From: Rebecca billardiae RCC1528
Taxonomy: Eukaryota > Protista > Haptophyta
Direction: 5' to 3'
DNA: 64,000 bases
Assembly (NCBI GenBank): GCA_965240325.2
Contig: OZ251238.1
Coordinates: forward strand, 620,001 to 684,000
In this document: piece by piece, positions 46,500-59,004 of the stretch
How positions within the stretch are numbered: the stretch's first letter is position 1
Layout of the letters: each line of letters starts with the position of its first letter
The notes under the pieces: generated by a model
Seen by the model: only the letters and a program-made list of their open reading frames with translations
Database searches by the model: none
Told to the model about the DNA's origin: nothing
Position numbers and translations under genes: made by a program

Positions 46500-49400
46500 A
46501 TGTCACACGCGTACGTTCGCTACGAGGAGCTTGCGAGCCAGGCGCCCGACGCCGGTCCGCACGCGCGGCCGGCACGGTCACGACCGTGCGCTCGGCTGTG
46601 GCGGCTGCTCAGCTGGTGCGTGGGCGCGCGCGGCCACGAGAGCCGGCTGCTGCGGCTGAACGCGAAGCGGGTGACGGACCGGCGGTACTGCCGCAACGTG
46701 ATCAACAACCAGAAGTACTCGCTCCTCACCTTCTTCCCCAAGGTGCTGTACGAGCAATTCAAATTCTTCTTCAACCTGTACTTCCTGGTCGTCGCGGTCT
46801 CGCAGTTCTTCCCGCCGCTCAAGGTGGGCTTCCTGTTCACGTACATCGCGCCGCTGGCGTTCGTGCTGGTGATCACGATGGTCAAGGAGGCGTACGACGA
46901 CCTCAAGCGCTTCCTCTCCGACCGCAAGCTCAACGGCGAGATGTACGACAAGCTGCGGCCCGGCGGCGGCGGCACCGAGCCGGTGCCGTCCGCCAAGATC
47001 CGCGTGGGCGACCTGATCGCGATCCACACGAACCAGCGGGTGCCGGCGGACATGGTGCTGCTGCGAACGACGGAGGCGTCCGGCACCGTCTTCCTGCGCA
47101 CCGACCAGCTCGACGGCGAGACCGACTGGAAGCTGCGCGTCGCGGTGCCGTCGTGCCAGCGGCTCGCGTCGGACGAGCACCTGCAGCGCGTGGCGGCGAC
47201 GCTGTACGCGGGCGCGCCGTCCAAGGACATCTACGAGTTCGTGGGCGAGCTGACGACCGCGGCGACGGGCGAGGCCTCGGCCGCGCCGATCGGCTCGCCG
47301 ACCACCGAGCCGCTCGGCCTCGAGAACACGATGTGGTGCAACACGGTGCTCGCGTCCGGCACGGCGATCGGCGTGGTCGTGTACACGGGCGACGAGACGG
47401 TGTGCATGATGAACGCGACGTCGACGCCGACCAAGGTGTCGGGGCTCGACCTGCAGATCAACTTCCTGGCGAAGTTCCTCTTCATCCTCACCGTCAGCCT
47501 CTCCGCCGTGATGGTGCTGCTCCCGCCCGACCACTCGCCCTCGGTGATGCTCAAGCTGCTCGCGTTCTTCCGCTTCATCCTGCTCTTCTCGTCGATCGTG
47601 CCCATCTCGCTGCGCGTCTCGCTCGAGATGGCCAAGGTGACGTACGCGCTGCACATGTTCCGCGACGACGGGATGAAGGGCGCGATCGTGCGCTCCTCCT
47701 CGATCTCCGAGGAGCTCGGCGGCATCGAGTACCTGCTCACCGACAAGACGGGCACGCTCACGCGCAACGAGATGGTGTTCCGCAAGCTGCACCTCGGCTC
47801 CACCTGCCTGATGGCGCACGCGCGCGAGGAGGTGAGCGGGCTGGTGCGCGAGGCGAGCCGCGCGCAGCTCGCGGGCGCGCCGCTCGCGCCGCTCGCCGCG
47901 CTGGCGTACGACGCGCTCCTCGCCATCGCGCTCTGCCACAACGTCTCGCCCGTCTCGTCCGGCGACTCGTTCCAGGGCGCGTCGCCCGACGAGCTCGCGC
48001 TCGTCTCGTTCGCCGCGACGGTCGGGCTCGCGCTCGTCGCGCGCGACCTGCAGCACATCGTGCTGCGCCGCGCGCACGACGGCGCGGAGCTGGTGTACGA
48101 CATCCTGCAGGAGTTCCCGTTCACCTCCGAGACCAAGCGCATGGGCATCGTTCTCCGCGAGCGCGCGGGCGGCGGGATCCTCTTCTTTGTGAAGGGCGCG
48201 GACACGGTGATGGCGGAGAAGGTGACGGCCTCGTACTGGCTCGAGGAGGAGGTGGGCAACCTGGCGCGCGAGGGGCTGCGCACGCTGGTCGTCGCGCGCC
48301 GCGCCATCTCGGAGGGCGCGTACCGCCAGTTCGAGTCCGAGCTCCACGCCGCGCGCCTCGCCAAGTCCGCCGCGGCGCGCGAGCAGGGCGTGCGCGAGAC
48401 GGTCGACCGGCTCGAGGTCGAGATGGAGCTGCTGTGCCTCACGGCCGTGGAGGACCTGCTGCAGGCGAACGTGCAGCAGACGCTCGAGAAGCTGCGCAAC
48501 GCGAACGTGCGCACGTGGATGCTCACGGGGGACAAGCTCGAGACCGCGATGGTCATCGCGCAGAACGCCTCGCTCGTGCCGCGCGGCGGCGCGTTCTATC
48601 CGGTGGTCGCGCGCTCGCCCGTCGAGGCGCTGCAGAAGCTGCGCGGCTACCCGCAGGGCGTGTCGAACGCGCCGTGCCTGCTGGTGGACGGCGCGTCGCT
48701 CGAGCTGTGCCTCTCGCACCACCAGGTGCTCTACCTCGAGGTGGCGTGCGCCGCGCCCGCCGTCATCTGCTGCCGCTGCTCGCCCACGCAGAAGGGGCAG
48801 ATCGTGCGCCTCATCCGCACGCACACGGGCAAGTGCACCGCGGCGATCGGCGACGGCGGCAACGACATCCCGATGATCCGCGAGGCGCACGTCGGGATCG
48901 GGATCGAGGGCAAGGAGGGGAAGCAGGCGTCGATGGCGGCGGACTTCTCGCTCACCGAGTTCTCGCACCTGCAGCGCCTCGTGCTGTGGCACGGGCGCAA
49001 CGCGTACCTGCGCTCGGCGCTGCTCGCACAGTTTGTGATCCACCGTGGCCTCATCATCGCCATCATCCAGGCCGTCTTCTCGTCGCTCTTCTTCTTCGCG
49101 TCGATCGCCGTGTACAACGGCTTCCTCACCGTCGGCTACGCGACGATCTTCACCACCGGGCCGGTCTTCTCGCTCGTGCTCGACGAGGTGCGCGCGCGCT
49201 CGCGCGCGCGCCTCGGCCGTGCCGAGCTCGCCACGCGCGCCGCGCTCACGTGCCCGCGCGCGCGCCGGCGGCGCGCCCTCCACCGCGCGGCAGGACATCT
49301 CGCTCGACAACGCGCTCAAGTACCCGGAACTGTACCGCGAGCTGCAGAAGCGGCGGCACCTCTCGCTCAAGACGTTCCTCACCTGGGCGTGGAAGGCGCT

Positions 49401-49941
49401 GTACCAGGGGGGCGTGATCATGCTCGGCGCCATCTACCTGTTCGACCGCCGGCTGGTGCACGTGGTCGGGATCACGTTCACCGCGCTCATACTCACCGAG
49501 CTGATCATGGTAGCGGTGGAGGTGAAGCGGTGGCACACGGTCATGATCGCCTCGGAGGTGCGACGCCCGACGGCGCGCGCCCGCGCGCACACCAGCGACC
49601 GCGCGCAGCGCGCGGCGACGGCACACGCCGCCACCCGCGCATCGGCCGTGGGCGCGGCGCTGTGCCGCGCCGCCGAGCGCCCGCTGAGCCCGCGCGCGAT
49701 CGCGCACGCCGGCACGCATGGGCTTTCGCAGGTGGTGACGCTCGCCGTGTACGCAGGCTCCATCTTTGCGCTGTCGTCGCCGACTCTGCTAGGCACCAGC
49801 ACGTTCGACCTGCCCTTCATGCTCTCGGGCGAGTTCCTGTGGAAGGTGTCCGCCATCACCGCCGTGTCGTGCGTGCCCGTGTGGGTGGGCAAGGTCTTCT
49901 CGCAGCGGCTCTCGCCCGAGAAGGCGTCCAAGATCAGGTGA
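46500..49941 (+). CDS. ATP9: P4-type ATPase phospholipid flippase, ATP9/Neo1 subclass
   Basis: RTDQLDGETDWKLR, DKTGTLT, SPDE, EGLRTL, TGDKLETA, CCRCSPTQK and GDGGND. Introns ~49188-49293 and ~49558-49731. Confidence 0.93.
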
Positions 49942-50563
49942 CGCGACCGTCTCGGTCCGAGAGTCGGGACGCTCCGATCGATTTCGACTGCTATGACTTC
50001 GAGAAGAATCTGATGGGCGTCGTCGCCAATTAATCATCAGTTCATTATCATAACTATCCAAAGTGTCGTTCCGGTTTATAACCGTTTAAGTATGATACTC
50101 CTATGAGACGAGTACTTAACTCGAGTACCAGTAGACGTGTTCTTTGATGGTGAATGATGCATGTCAATGCTACAGCTTACGCTGATGACGACGAGCGGGT
50201 ACTGTAATCAAGGTTCATACCGCACCCCTTGCCTCAATTATATATATGATACGACCGATGCCCCCCCTGCACCTGCCTTCCCGTCAGACCGTCAAACGAG
50301 CGTCCTAAAAAATACGCGTACGTACCCACATTCTTCGCACCTGCGAAATACCGCGACCCGTCCGTTCTCACTGGCCAATAAGATTACCCGCGCCATATCA
50401 GATGAGCTTCCAACGCGGGACTTTCGTCTTTCGCACACGACCGCCCCAAAAAAAGGGCCCCCGCCCCGGCCCGGCCTCGCCACTCTCAACTCCGCCGCTA
50501 CCCGGCGGGCGGCCGTCGTCAGGAGCAGCCACCCGGGTTGTGGGGAGCGCCACCCATCACGGG

Positions 50564-52276
50564 ATGGTGTCGCCTTCGCCTAGCCCGCAAGGGACGCCGG
50601 GGGGCTCGTTCCACGGACGTGCGCGCCTGCGCGTGCGCCACAGCTGCCGCGCACAGATGCGAATCGTGCGCCCTTCACCCGCCCCCGCGTCACGCGCCCG
50701 CGTTCTCACCCCTTCCGCGTCGCTGGCCGCCTCGATGCTACGTACGTGCACCGACGCTCTGTCTGCTCGGCAGTGTTCCCCACGTCGGCGGAATCGGTGG
50801 ACGCGTGGCTCGATGCCATCAAGCTTGGACGCTACAAGTCGCACTTCGCGCAGCTGACAGTCGATGCCCTGCCCGCGCTCACCAACGACCGGCTGTCGGA
50901 GATTGGGATTGCGATCCCGGGGCACCGCGCGCGGCTATTGCAAGCCGCGCGCGCGCTGGGAGGAGGTGCGCGCCGTCGGGCGGGGTGCCTCCGCGCGAGG
51001 CCTGGGCGTGTGGCCATTCGCATGCCTCGCAGCTCGTCCGCGCTCACGCCCGCATCGTGGGGGCCCGTCGCCGCGCGCGCGCGCGCTACCGTGCGCAGAC
51101 GTACCGGCTGTGCCGATGGACACGGGTGGCCGACCCGGGACGGCAGGTGGCGAGGAGGACGACGCGGAGAGCGCGGGTGGTGACTCGGTGATGGGCTCGC
51201 CGATGCCCACACCGATTCTCAAGCCGGCGAGGCCGAGCCGCTCCGTCGATCTCAGCGGCTCCCTCGCCGCTAGAGCAGCACAGGTGTGCCAGCGCGCGCG
51301 CGCCGGGCCTGCTGCGCGCGGCGGCGCGCCGCGCCCACCTTCGCTCCGCGCTCGCGCGGCGGCGCCCGCCTTCGTGCGCGCAGCATCTGAAAACCTCCGC
51401 GAGGAAAGGGCCCGCCGAGAAGTACAACTCCACCTCGACCATGTTCATCCGCAACACGATCTCGGCGCCCGAGATCACCGAGGTGATCTACTGCGTGGCG
51501 ATCGTGCTGCACGACCGGATGCGCATCGAGGCGGAGCAGGGCGACGGCGAGCACGAGTACAAGGAGCAGCAGCTGTGCTACCCGTTCTTCTCGGAGGACA
51601 ACAACCCGCTGTACAAGGAGCCCACCAGCGAGGAGGTCAGGCGCAGCCGGCAGAAGCGCGTGCGCGAGATCCCGACGGAGAGCTTCATCCACGACACGAT
51701 CAAGTCGGTGTACGACTGCGCGCACTTCTCCGAGGAGTGCATCGTGATGGCTCTCATCTACATCGAGCGGCTGCTGAACACGACGGGGGTGCGCGTGCTC
51801 ACGAGCACATGGCGGCCCATCGTCCTCGCCGCGCTCATCGTCGCGCAGAAGGTCTTCGACGACCGCTCGCTCCAGAACTACGACTTCTCGGTCTACTGCC
51901 CGATGTTCACGCTGCGCGAGATCAACCATCTCGAGAACAAGTTCCTCGAGTTGCTGCAGTACAACGTGAGCATCAACGCGTCGACGTATGCGTCTTTCTA
52001 CTTTCACATCCAGACGCTCTGCCGCCAGTCGACCGAGACGCGCACGCAGCTCGACCTAGAAGCCGCACGGAGGATAGAGGCGAAGGTGCGCGCTCGCGCG
52101 CGCGCGGCGCGGCGCGGCGCACGTGATGCCCTCAGCTCACGCGCGCGCCTGCCACGGCGGCGCCGCGCGCGCGCGCGCAGGTGTCCGAGCGCCAAAGGTC
52201 GATGAACTTCGAGCGGAAGTCGCGCTCGGACAACGGACCCTTCCGCATGGGTCGCATAGCTGCGGCGATCAACTGA
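50564..52276 (+). CDS. SAM-domain plus cyclin Y-like protein (5 exons)
   Basis: SAM: VDAWLDAIKLGRY...LSEIGIAIPGHRARLL. Cyclin Y: KYNSTSTMF...IYCVAIVL, ECIVMALIYIERL, KVFDD and LE..FLELLQYNV.I.AS.YA.FYF. GT-AG introns keep the frame. Confidence 0.8.
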
Positions 52277-52862
52277 GCGCGTGTGCGCACTTCGGCCTGC
52301 ATCAGCACTCCTAGCGCGCTGGCTGCCGCTCACGGCACAGCTGGCGGCGCACGGTCGCAGCCGCCGCGGCCGCCGGGACGACCGGGTCAGACGCCCGCGG
52401 GTCAGAGCGGCGGCCGCGGCAGGTTTCACTTTCAGGAATTCAGCGCGCGGCCGCACCACGGCGCCGGCGGGACTCCGGACTGCGGTCCGACGACTGTGAG
52501 TACGGCGACGCTGCTGCGCACAGCTGCTGCGTGTATGTATCACATTTCCCGCTAGTAGTCATCACGCGCATACTTCTATTGTCATCAACGCTAAGATATT
52601 GGCAAGTCAGTGCGTCGCTGCTGATGTCAGACCGTTCAAGGGTCAGTCACGTCGCCGATCGCCGCTGGGCGCAGCTGCGACCGACTCCGGGACGATGAGG
52701 GGTTGTACCGAATGACGACCGCCTCCGCGGGCAGTGGCCGGCGCACCGTCTCGATGGCGCGCGCGCCGCAAGATGCGTGCGCAAGCTGCGTGCCCATGCC
52801 GTCTGCACAATGGTCACCGCCGCGGCGCCATGACCAAGTTCGTCGTGTCCCGCGCCGGGCGC

Positions 52863-54046
52863 TTAGTCATCGATGCCCGGGATGTGCGCCGACCACACGC
52901 CCTTCAGGAGGATCGTCTTGGGCGCCTTCGAGCCCATGTCGGTGTCCGACGCCTGCTTCGAGACGAAGGTGCCGGCGAAGTCGCCCGTCGACGCGTCCAC
53001 GGTCTCGACCGTCAGCTGCATGTTGCCGCCGAGCACGTCGAACACCTTGTTGTTCTCCTTGAAGAGCTTGGCGTCATCGCCCGCCTGCAGCGCCGGGAGC
53101 GCGACGGCCTGGTCGTAGCCCGTGGTGGTGCCGCGGCCCTTCGGGTCGAGGAAGAGGCCCGTGCGGTACGACGGCACGGTGAAATCGCCAGCGAGCTTGA
53201 GCCCCGGCTTGATCGAACCCTCCGTGCCCTTCGCGACAAGGTTCTTCACCGTGAAGAGGAACGGCACGCGCTCGCCGCCCGGCGTCTGCACAGTCGACGC
53301 CGCGTAGTCAATGCCTGCGGCGCCGCGCGAGCGGGCGAGCGCGGGCCGGTGCGTGGGAAGAGGCGTGAGCAGTCGAGCGCGCACGTGCGCACGAAGCCGG
53401 AGCGTGTGTGTGCGCGCGCAGTCGAGCACGAGGCCGCCGGGCCCAACGTCCGGGCCGCCATGCTGCCACGCCAAGTGCCCTGCGCCCAGTAACTGACAGC
53501 GCCGAGCGTGAAAGCGTGCGCGCGCGCACGCCGCAGCGCGTCGGCCTACGCACCATCCTTCTCCTTGAGGGTGACCTTGCCGCCCTCGCTGACCGCGTCA
53601 CCCTCAACGCCATAGAGCGTGTACGTCTGGCGCGTCATCATCTTGCCCGGGATCTCCTCGGTCGTCACCTGACCCTTCTTGTTGGTCGTCGTCTCAATCA
53701 CGAAGAACTCCTGCGGCTCCAAGCACATCTCGTCGAACTTGTTGAGCTTGCCGCCAATGTTGATCGAGCCCGTGCCCGAAATCGACGGGCACTTGTTTGC
53801 CAAGCCCGTGCCCTTGATCTGGTCGTAGGTCAGCGAGTTGTAGTCCGACTTCGAGAGGGCGTGCGCGCTGTCCGTCGCCACCGTCGCCGCGAACACCGCC
53901 GCGAGCGCCGCACCAGCGCCGGTCTCGACCGCGCGCGCGACGCCGCTCTTCGCCGCCGCCTTCGGCGAGAAGGCCGACCGCGCCGGGCCCGACTTCAGCG
54001 CGCCCGCACTCGCCGCCAGAGCCACCAAGGTGAAGGTACGCAGCAT
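52863..54046 (-). CDS. psbO: Photosystem II oxygen-evolving enhancer protein 1
   Basis: LTYDQIKGTGLANKCP, GIDYAASTVQTPGGERVPFLFTVK, VPSYRTGLFLDPKGRG and SDTDMG. One intron. Bipartite leader plus lumenal AHA signal. Confidence 0.97.
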
Positions 54047-54805
54047 TGTGACGACGAAGGAGCGAGACGCGGCCGCGGGGCTTCCAACACGACACAGCTA
54101 ATGGGTTACGCGTTAATTTGCGCCGATCTCCCGGACTCGGGCGCGTGGCCGCGTCTAGAATCTCCAAGTTCAGGCGCGATCGCGGCTTGATGAGAGTCCG
54201 GGGCTCTCGCTCACACCCAACGCCCGCCGTTCTCGAAACGCGCTCGAGATGTCAACGCACGAAGGCGCCTCGCGTCGCATGTACGGTGATTAACCATGGT
54301 GACGAGGGTTGTGCCCGGCGGCAGCACCCGCCCGGGAGTAGATCGAGCCACATGCCCGTGGCGCCGCTGGATGCGGCAGCCTTGACTCGGCCGCCGTTCA
54401 AGCCGTCCGTATGCAGCGTGTGAGGCAGCCGAGTCAGCACGCGCGTGGCGACACCACCCGAGGCGCGGTCTAAGCACAAATGTCGGTGCGAATATGTGAG
54501 TGGCCGGTGGGCGGTCCCGATCTTTTCTCCCGGCAAGCCTGCAGCGCGGAAGTACCGGCTGGTGCCGCAAGCTGCACCCTACCTGCGTGCGCGGCCCATA
54601 CGAAAGGCGCACGGTTGAGCCTCGGGCCACGGGCGAGCTAGCGCCCAGCAGGCGCAAACAGCACTGTCCTCGCAGCCCGCGGGGCACGCCGACTGCCACG
54701 CAACGTCGTATCCAACGCTGCCAAGTGCACGGGGTGAGAGAGAGACTTCTTGGCGCTCACGAGGAGAGCAAAGAATCAGGATTATTCTTGGAGCCACTGC
54801 TCGTC

Positions 54806-55049
54806 TGCTCGTGCGCTGCGGCCCGGCGCCATTCACACGGGCACACTCCCACCGGTCGCACCCGGCGTGGACGGACGGTGTTGTCGACTCCAGGTTTTGA
54901 AGCGTGGCTCTCGGGCTGCCCCGGTGATGCTCGTGCGCTGCGGCCCGGCGCCATTCACACGGGCACACTCCCACCGGTCGCACCCGGCGTGGACGGACGG
55001 TGTTGTCGACTCCAGGTTTTGAAGCGTGGCTCTCGGGCTGCCCCGGTGA
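54806..55049. repeat. Perfect 122-bp tandem duplication
   Basis: 54806-54927 is identical to 54928-55049. Confidence 0.93.
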
Positions 55050-55329
55050 TGAACGCACCCGGCGGCTTGGATTGGCGCTGGGCTTGCTCAGACTCGACCG
55101 CGAGGAACGCTCGCCCGGGCGCCACGCGCGATGCTCGCGAGTCATTGGGTGGGGTCGTAGTAATTCTATGATTTAAACACGTCGAAAATGACTATATACA
55201 GCATTTTCAATTTCGGCCGCCATTTGGCATTTGCCCGCCACTAATTCCGTCATTTTGACGGATTTCATTATTATTTTCGCAAGTGACTCCCGCGCGCACG
55301 CGTGGCCGCGCCGGGACCTCCACCGCACG

Positions 55330-56133
55330 ATGCTGCGGACGGGCGCGCGCATCGCGGCTGCAGGCACGGCGATAGGTGCCGCCGGCGGCGGCGTGCTGGG
55401 CTGGCGCTACGTCACGGACAAACCCTTCCGCACACACGTGCGAGAAGCGTATCCGTACATCGCTGCGCGCGTGGACGAGACGATGCGCACGCACGCGCCG
55501 CGGCGCTTTGTTGTGATGCGAGTCCAGGACGAGACGGACGCGGAGGATCCATCGGCTCCCTCGAACTGGCCCAACCTCGAACTGCCGTCGGTGGTGCCCG
55601 CGGAGACGCCCGCGCCCGCGACATCCGTGACGCCGGCAGCGGCAGAGCCGAGCGCGCGCTCGGCAAGCAGCTCAGTGATGCCGTCGTTGCCTGGAAGTAT
55701 TCTCTCAGCTGCGGACTCGTGGGCCCCGGAGAGCGGATCGGCCCTGCCGCCGGTGGTCGACGACGACCCCGAGGTGGATGGCGCACCTGCGCCGGAGCTC
55801 ACTTCCGCCCACCGCCTCATCGACGTCGAGCCGGCGCTCGCGGACGACGTGGCTGTCGAGGCGGCGACGGGCGCGCACGCGACGGTTGCGGGCGGCGACT
55901 TCCTCGGCCAGCTGCAGTGGCTCCGGGCGAAGGAGGCGCGCGCGCGCGAGCGGCTGCGCGAGACGCTCGAGTCACTCGACGACCACCGCAGACAGCTGCG
56001 CGCCGGCGGCGGGCTCCAGCCCGGCGGCGGCCGGCTGCTGGAGCTGGAGCAGAGCGCGCGCATGCTGCGCACCCAGCTGGACGACCTGGCCGCCGCCAAG
56101 CTCTCTGTCAAGGTGCGCGGGACTTTCCAGTGA
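55330..56133 (+). CDS. Hypothetical protein with N-terminal TM and C-terminal coiled coil (possibly mitochondrial)
   Basis: MLRTGARIAAAG...GGGVLGWRYVTDKPFRTHVREAYP, followed by an acidic/Pro linker and a heptad-like tail. Confidence 0.6.
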   Translation: MLRTGARIAAAGTAIGAAGGGVLGWRYVTDKPFRTHVREAYPYIAARVDETMRTHAPRRFVVMRVQDETDAEDPSAPSNWPNLELPSVVPAETPAPATSVTPAAAEPSARSASSSVMPSLPGSILSAADSWAPESGSALPPVVDDDPEVDGAPAPELTSAHRLIDVEPALADDVAVEAATGAHATVAGGDFLGQLQWLRAKEARARERLRETLESLDDHRRQLRAGGGLQPGGGRLLELEQSARMLRTQLDDLAAAKLSVKVRGTFQ

Positions 56134-56469
56134 CGACGCCGGCCCCCGGGCGGCAGGCCCGGCCGAGCCGCCGGCCTGCCGCGCTCGTGCGCCGTGGATG
56201 CGGCCGGACCAAAGCTCGGCACGCGCGACGCCTGCTCTGGTGGGCGCAGCCTGTTCTTGGCCTCGACAGAGCCAGAGGGTGCGAGGGCGCTGCTGGAACC
56301 CGTCTGTCTGTCTGTCGGCGGCGGCTGTTCTGCTGTGCACCGTTGGCGTGTCCCGCGTGGGCCGTGGCGCGTCTCGTGCGGGGCCGGCCGGCCGCGGGCC
56401 GCGCGGGGCCGCTGCTGCCGCCAGCTACTGCGTCTTACGCGGCTACTCAGATTACAGTTTACTAAGAAT

Positions 56470-58035
56470 GACCGCGTTCCGCGGTCTTTTTTCGTAGAAC
56501 GAACGTAGTTCGGGGCCCGCGGTGCACCCTCCGTCGGCTGCTGTCTCAGTCTGACATGTGTAACAGTTCGCCTGAGCTGCCACCGCCAACTCAGTCACTG
56601 CCGCCCACCGGGCCGGCGGGCCGAGGGCTGTCGCCGCGGGCCGCCGCGGGGACTAGCGGCCGGCGCGCGCGCGCAGGCAGGGCGAGAGGCGCTGGCGCGG
56701 CGCGAGCCGGCGCGTGCGCGCGAGCGGGCGCACCTGCTTGAGGTACTCGCCCTGCGCCATGCGCTCGACGACGGGCCGCTGGTCGCTCGTGCCGGCAGAG
56801 CGAGAGCGCGCGCCACTGCTGGCCCCGGCCTGCCGGCTGCGCAGCCTCGCACCGAGACCGACCGAGCGGAGCTCGGGGCGGTGGAACGAGGCGAGCGGCG
56901 CGTCGCGCCTGCCGCCGCGCGTGCGCGCCTGCTCCACCGCGCCGCCGTGCTCGCCCGCCGCCTCCTCCGCCGCGTCGGCCTCGAAGACGGCGGCTGCCAG
57001 CGGCAGGCTGAGCCGCGCGCGACTCACTCACACTGTGAGTCACACCCGCGGTCGCCTCGACAGCCATCTATCCACAGCTGCTCGAGCTGCTGGAGGGCGC
57101 CGCGACGATGGCAGCGCGGGCGCCCAGCGCGTCCGTTGCCGCGTCGCTCAGCTCGTCGAGCTCGGCGCCGCACTTCGTCAGCTTGGCGCCTAGCGCCTCC
57201 GCGTGTCACGTGCTCGTGCACGTCAGCCTGCTGATACGCCGCGGGTAACGCCGCCGCCCATCGGCACTTCTGGCATCTGCGCGCGCAGCTGCTGCAGCTC
57301 GACGGCGGAGTCGTCGCGGCTGGCGGCGAGGGTGCGCACCGCGTCGATTGCCGAGGCCTGCAGCCCGGTGATCGCCGCGTCGACGCGCGCCGCGATTTCC
57401 CCACGCAGCTCCTCGCGCCACGTGGCCGCCGCTCGCGTGCAGGCAGCTGGGCGCCGCTGCGCGACCCGCTCGCTCGGCGGTCGCTCTGCTCCGGGCGGCG
57501 AGCGACGAGCTCGCGTGCTCCGGACTCGGCTCGCCCTTGCGCGCTGCTCCTCGAGTGACGAACGCGCCCGCGGGCAGGCTGTTGCCCGTCGCCCCCGCCG
57601 CGATCTCGCCGCCCCCGCCGCGATCTCGTCGCGCATGCTCCGTGCGCAGCGCGACGCAACTGGTGCGCGCGCTCCGTGCCTGGCGCGCGCCTAGTAGGCG
57701 TAGCGGCAGCGAGGCCTGTTAACTGACTATGCTTGTTTTACTATGGTCATGTGCTTATTTACTATGGTCACAGTCTACCCACAATTACCCACCCTCGCAC
57801 ACTTGGACGTGGGTTTCGTTGATTCCTCTGACTATCAAAAGAGCGGACGCGTCCATTTCTCGCTGCAATGGATGTCTCTTGCGGTCTCAAAATTCGAAAC
57901 TCGGTCTCCTCCAGCCCTGAAAATCGTCCCCCATGGCCCATCCCTTTTTTCTTTGATCAAAGATCTTTTTGAAACGTGGTTAGGGCCCACGGAGCGGGCT
58001 CCACGCTGCGCGCTCCGCCCTGCACCGCGGGCCAT
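56470..58035 (-). mobile_element. Non-autonomous Helentron/Helitron2-like element, copy 2
   Basis: Hairpin at 56470-56486, sub-TIRs at 56514-56526 and 58021-58033, homologous to 9516-11365. Confidence 0.7.
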
Positions 58036-58463
58036 AAGCTCTAGACGCACACAGCTCAGGCAGGCGAGATGATTGACGCCCGCCCGCTTATAGCTCTGTA
58101 AAGACTAATAATAATAAACGCCGTAGCGGCCCGTAGGCGTAGCCCGGCTCCGCGTAGCCCGGGCTGCACGGCGCGGTCCCGACTCCGGACCTCCGGTCAG
58201 GCCGACAGGCGGTCTGCTATATTGCTGTCCGCCTAGCACTCCGGTCGCGCCGGACACTGGCTCGTCAATGTGACTCGTCCGAATAACGGAATATTGACTA
58301 GTGATGGCGGATATATCGGCCCGCGCGCCGATGCCTCGCCGACTTGCATCACTTGAGCATCATGATGATCATGCCCATGGCAGACAGACGGGCCGATGCA
58401 GCCGTGAGCCGCGACGTCGTCGGCGACGACCCGACCGGGCCCGGCGGGCCGGTGACCCGACGG

Positions 58464-58626
58464 ACTCATTCTATGATTTAACGACACAGGTAGGACGATA
58501 ACGCGGGTCTCCTGATTCGTCGGCGGCAGTGCCCGATCGTCGACACGAAGTCGGCGTTGGTGGCAGAGCATAGCCTGCACCGCGATCGGTAAAGCTTGAG
58601 CGCGGCCCCGGAGACGACCGATTGAT

Positions 58627-58696
<70 letters not shown>
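58464..58696 (+). repeat. Repeat family B, copy 2, followed by a (GA)n tract
   Basis: Homology to 45355-45504, with (GA)~34 at 58628-58696. Confidence 0.85.
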
Positions 58697-59004
58697 ATAT
58701 TGGCGCCGATTCAGCCGCGCCCGACTTTAGACCGTCACCGATCCCGTCCGATCCGTGCGCAGTCCGATTGGCCCAAATCTCATTGGGCATTGGCGCCCTG
58801 AGATGGCGACGATATGCTAGTTTAAGTTATATAGCAGGCGGCGCATCATCATCAGACATCAGTCATCACGACTATACCGCTACTGCCTACTCGCGCTCAG
58901 TTTACTCACTCTTACAGACTTTATGACTAGGGATCCGCCGGTACTCCGTATCCGGGCCGAGAGGTCAGAGGGCGGCGGGTGCACGGCGGCACCATCGGCC
59001 GGCG

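Noticed and set aside
46379-49433. Long overlapping or antisense ORFs (e.g. 1012 aa, 951 aa, and similar ones throughout the window)
   Set aside because: Shadow frames caused by extreme GC3 bias. They are Arg/Ala-rich with no motifs, while the true frame has clear family signatures.
55040-55130. GTGATGA as a C-box snoRNA or SECIS element
   Set aside because: No convincing D box, terminal stem or linked Sec codon.
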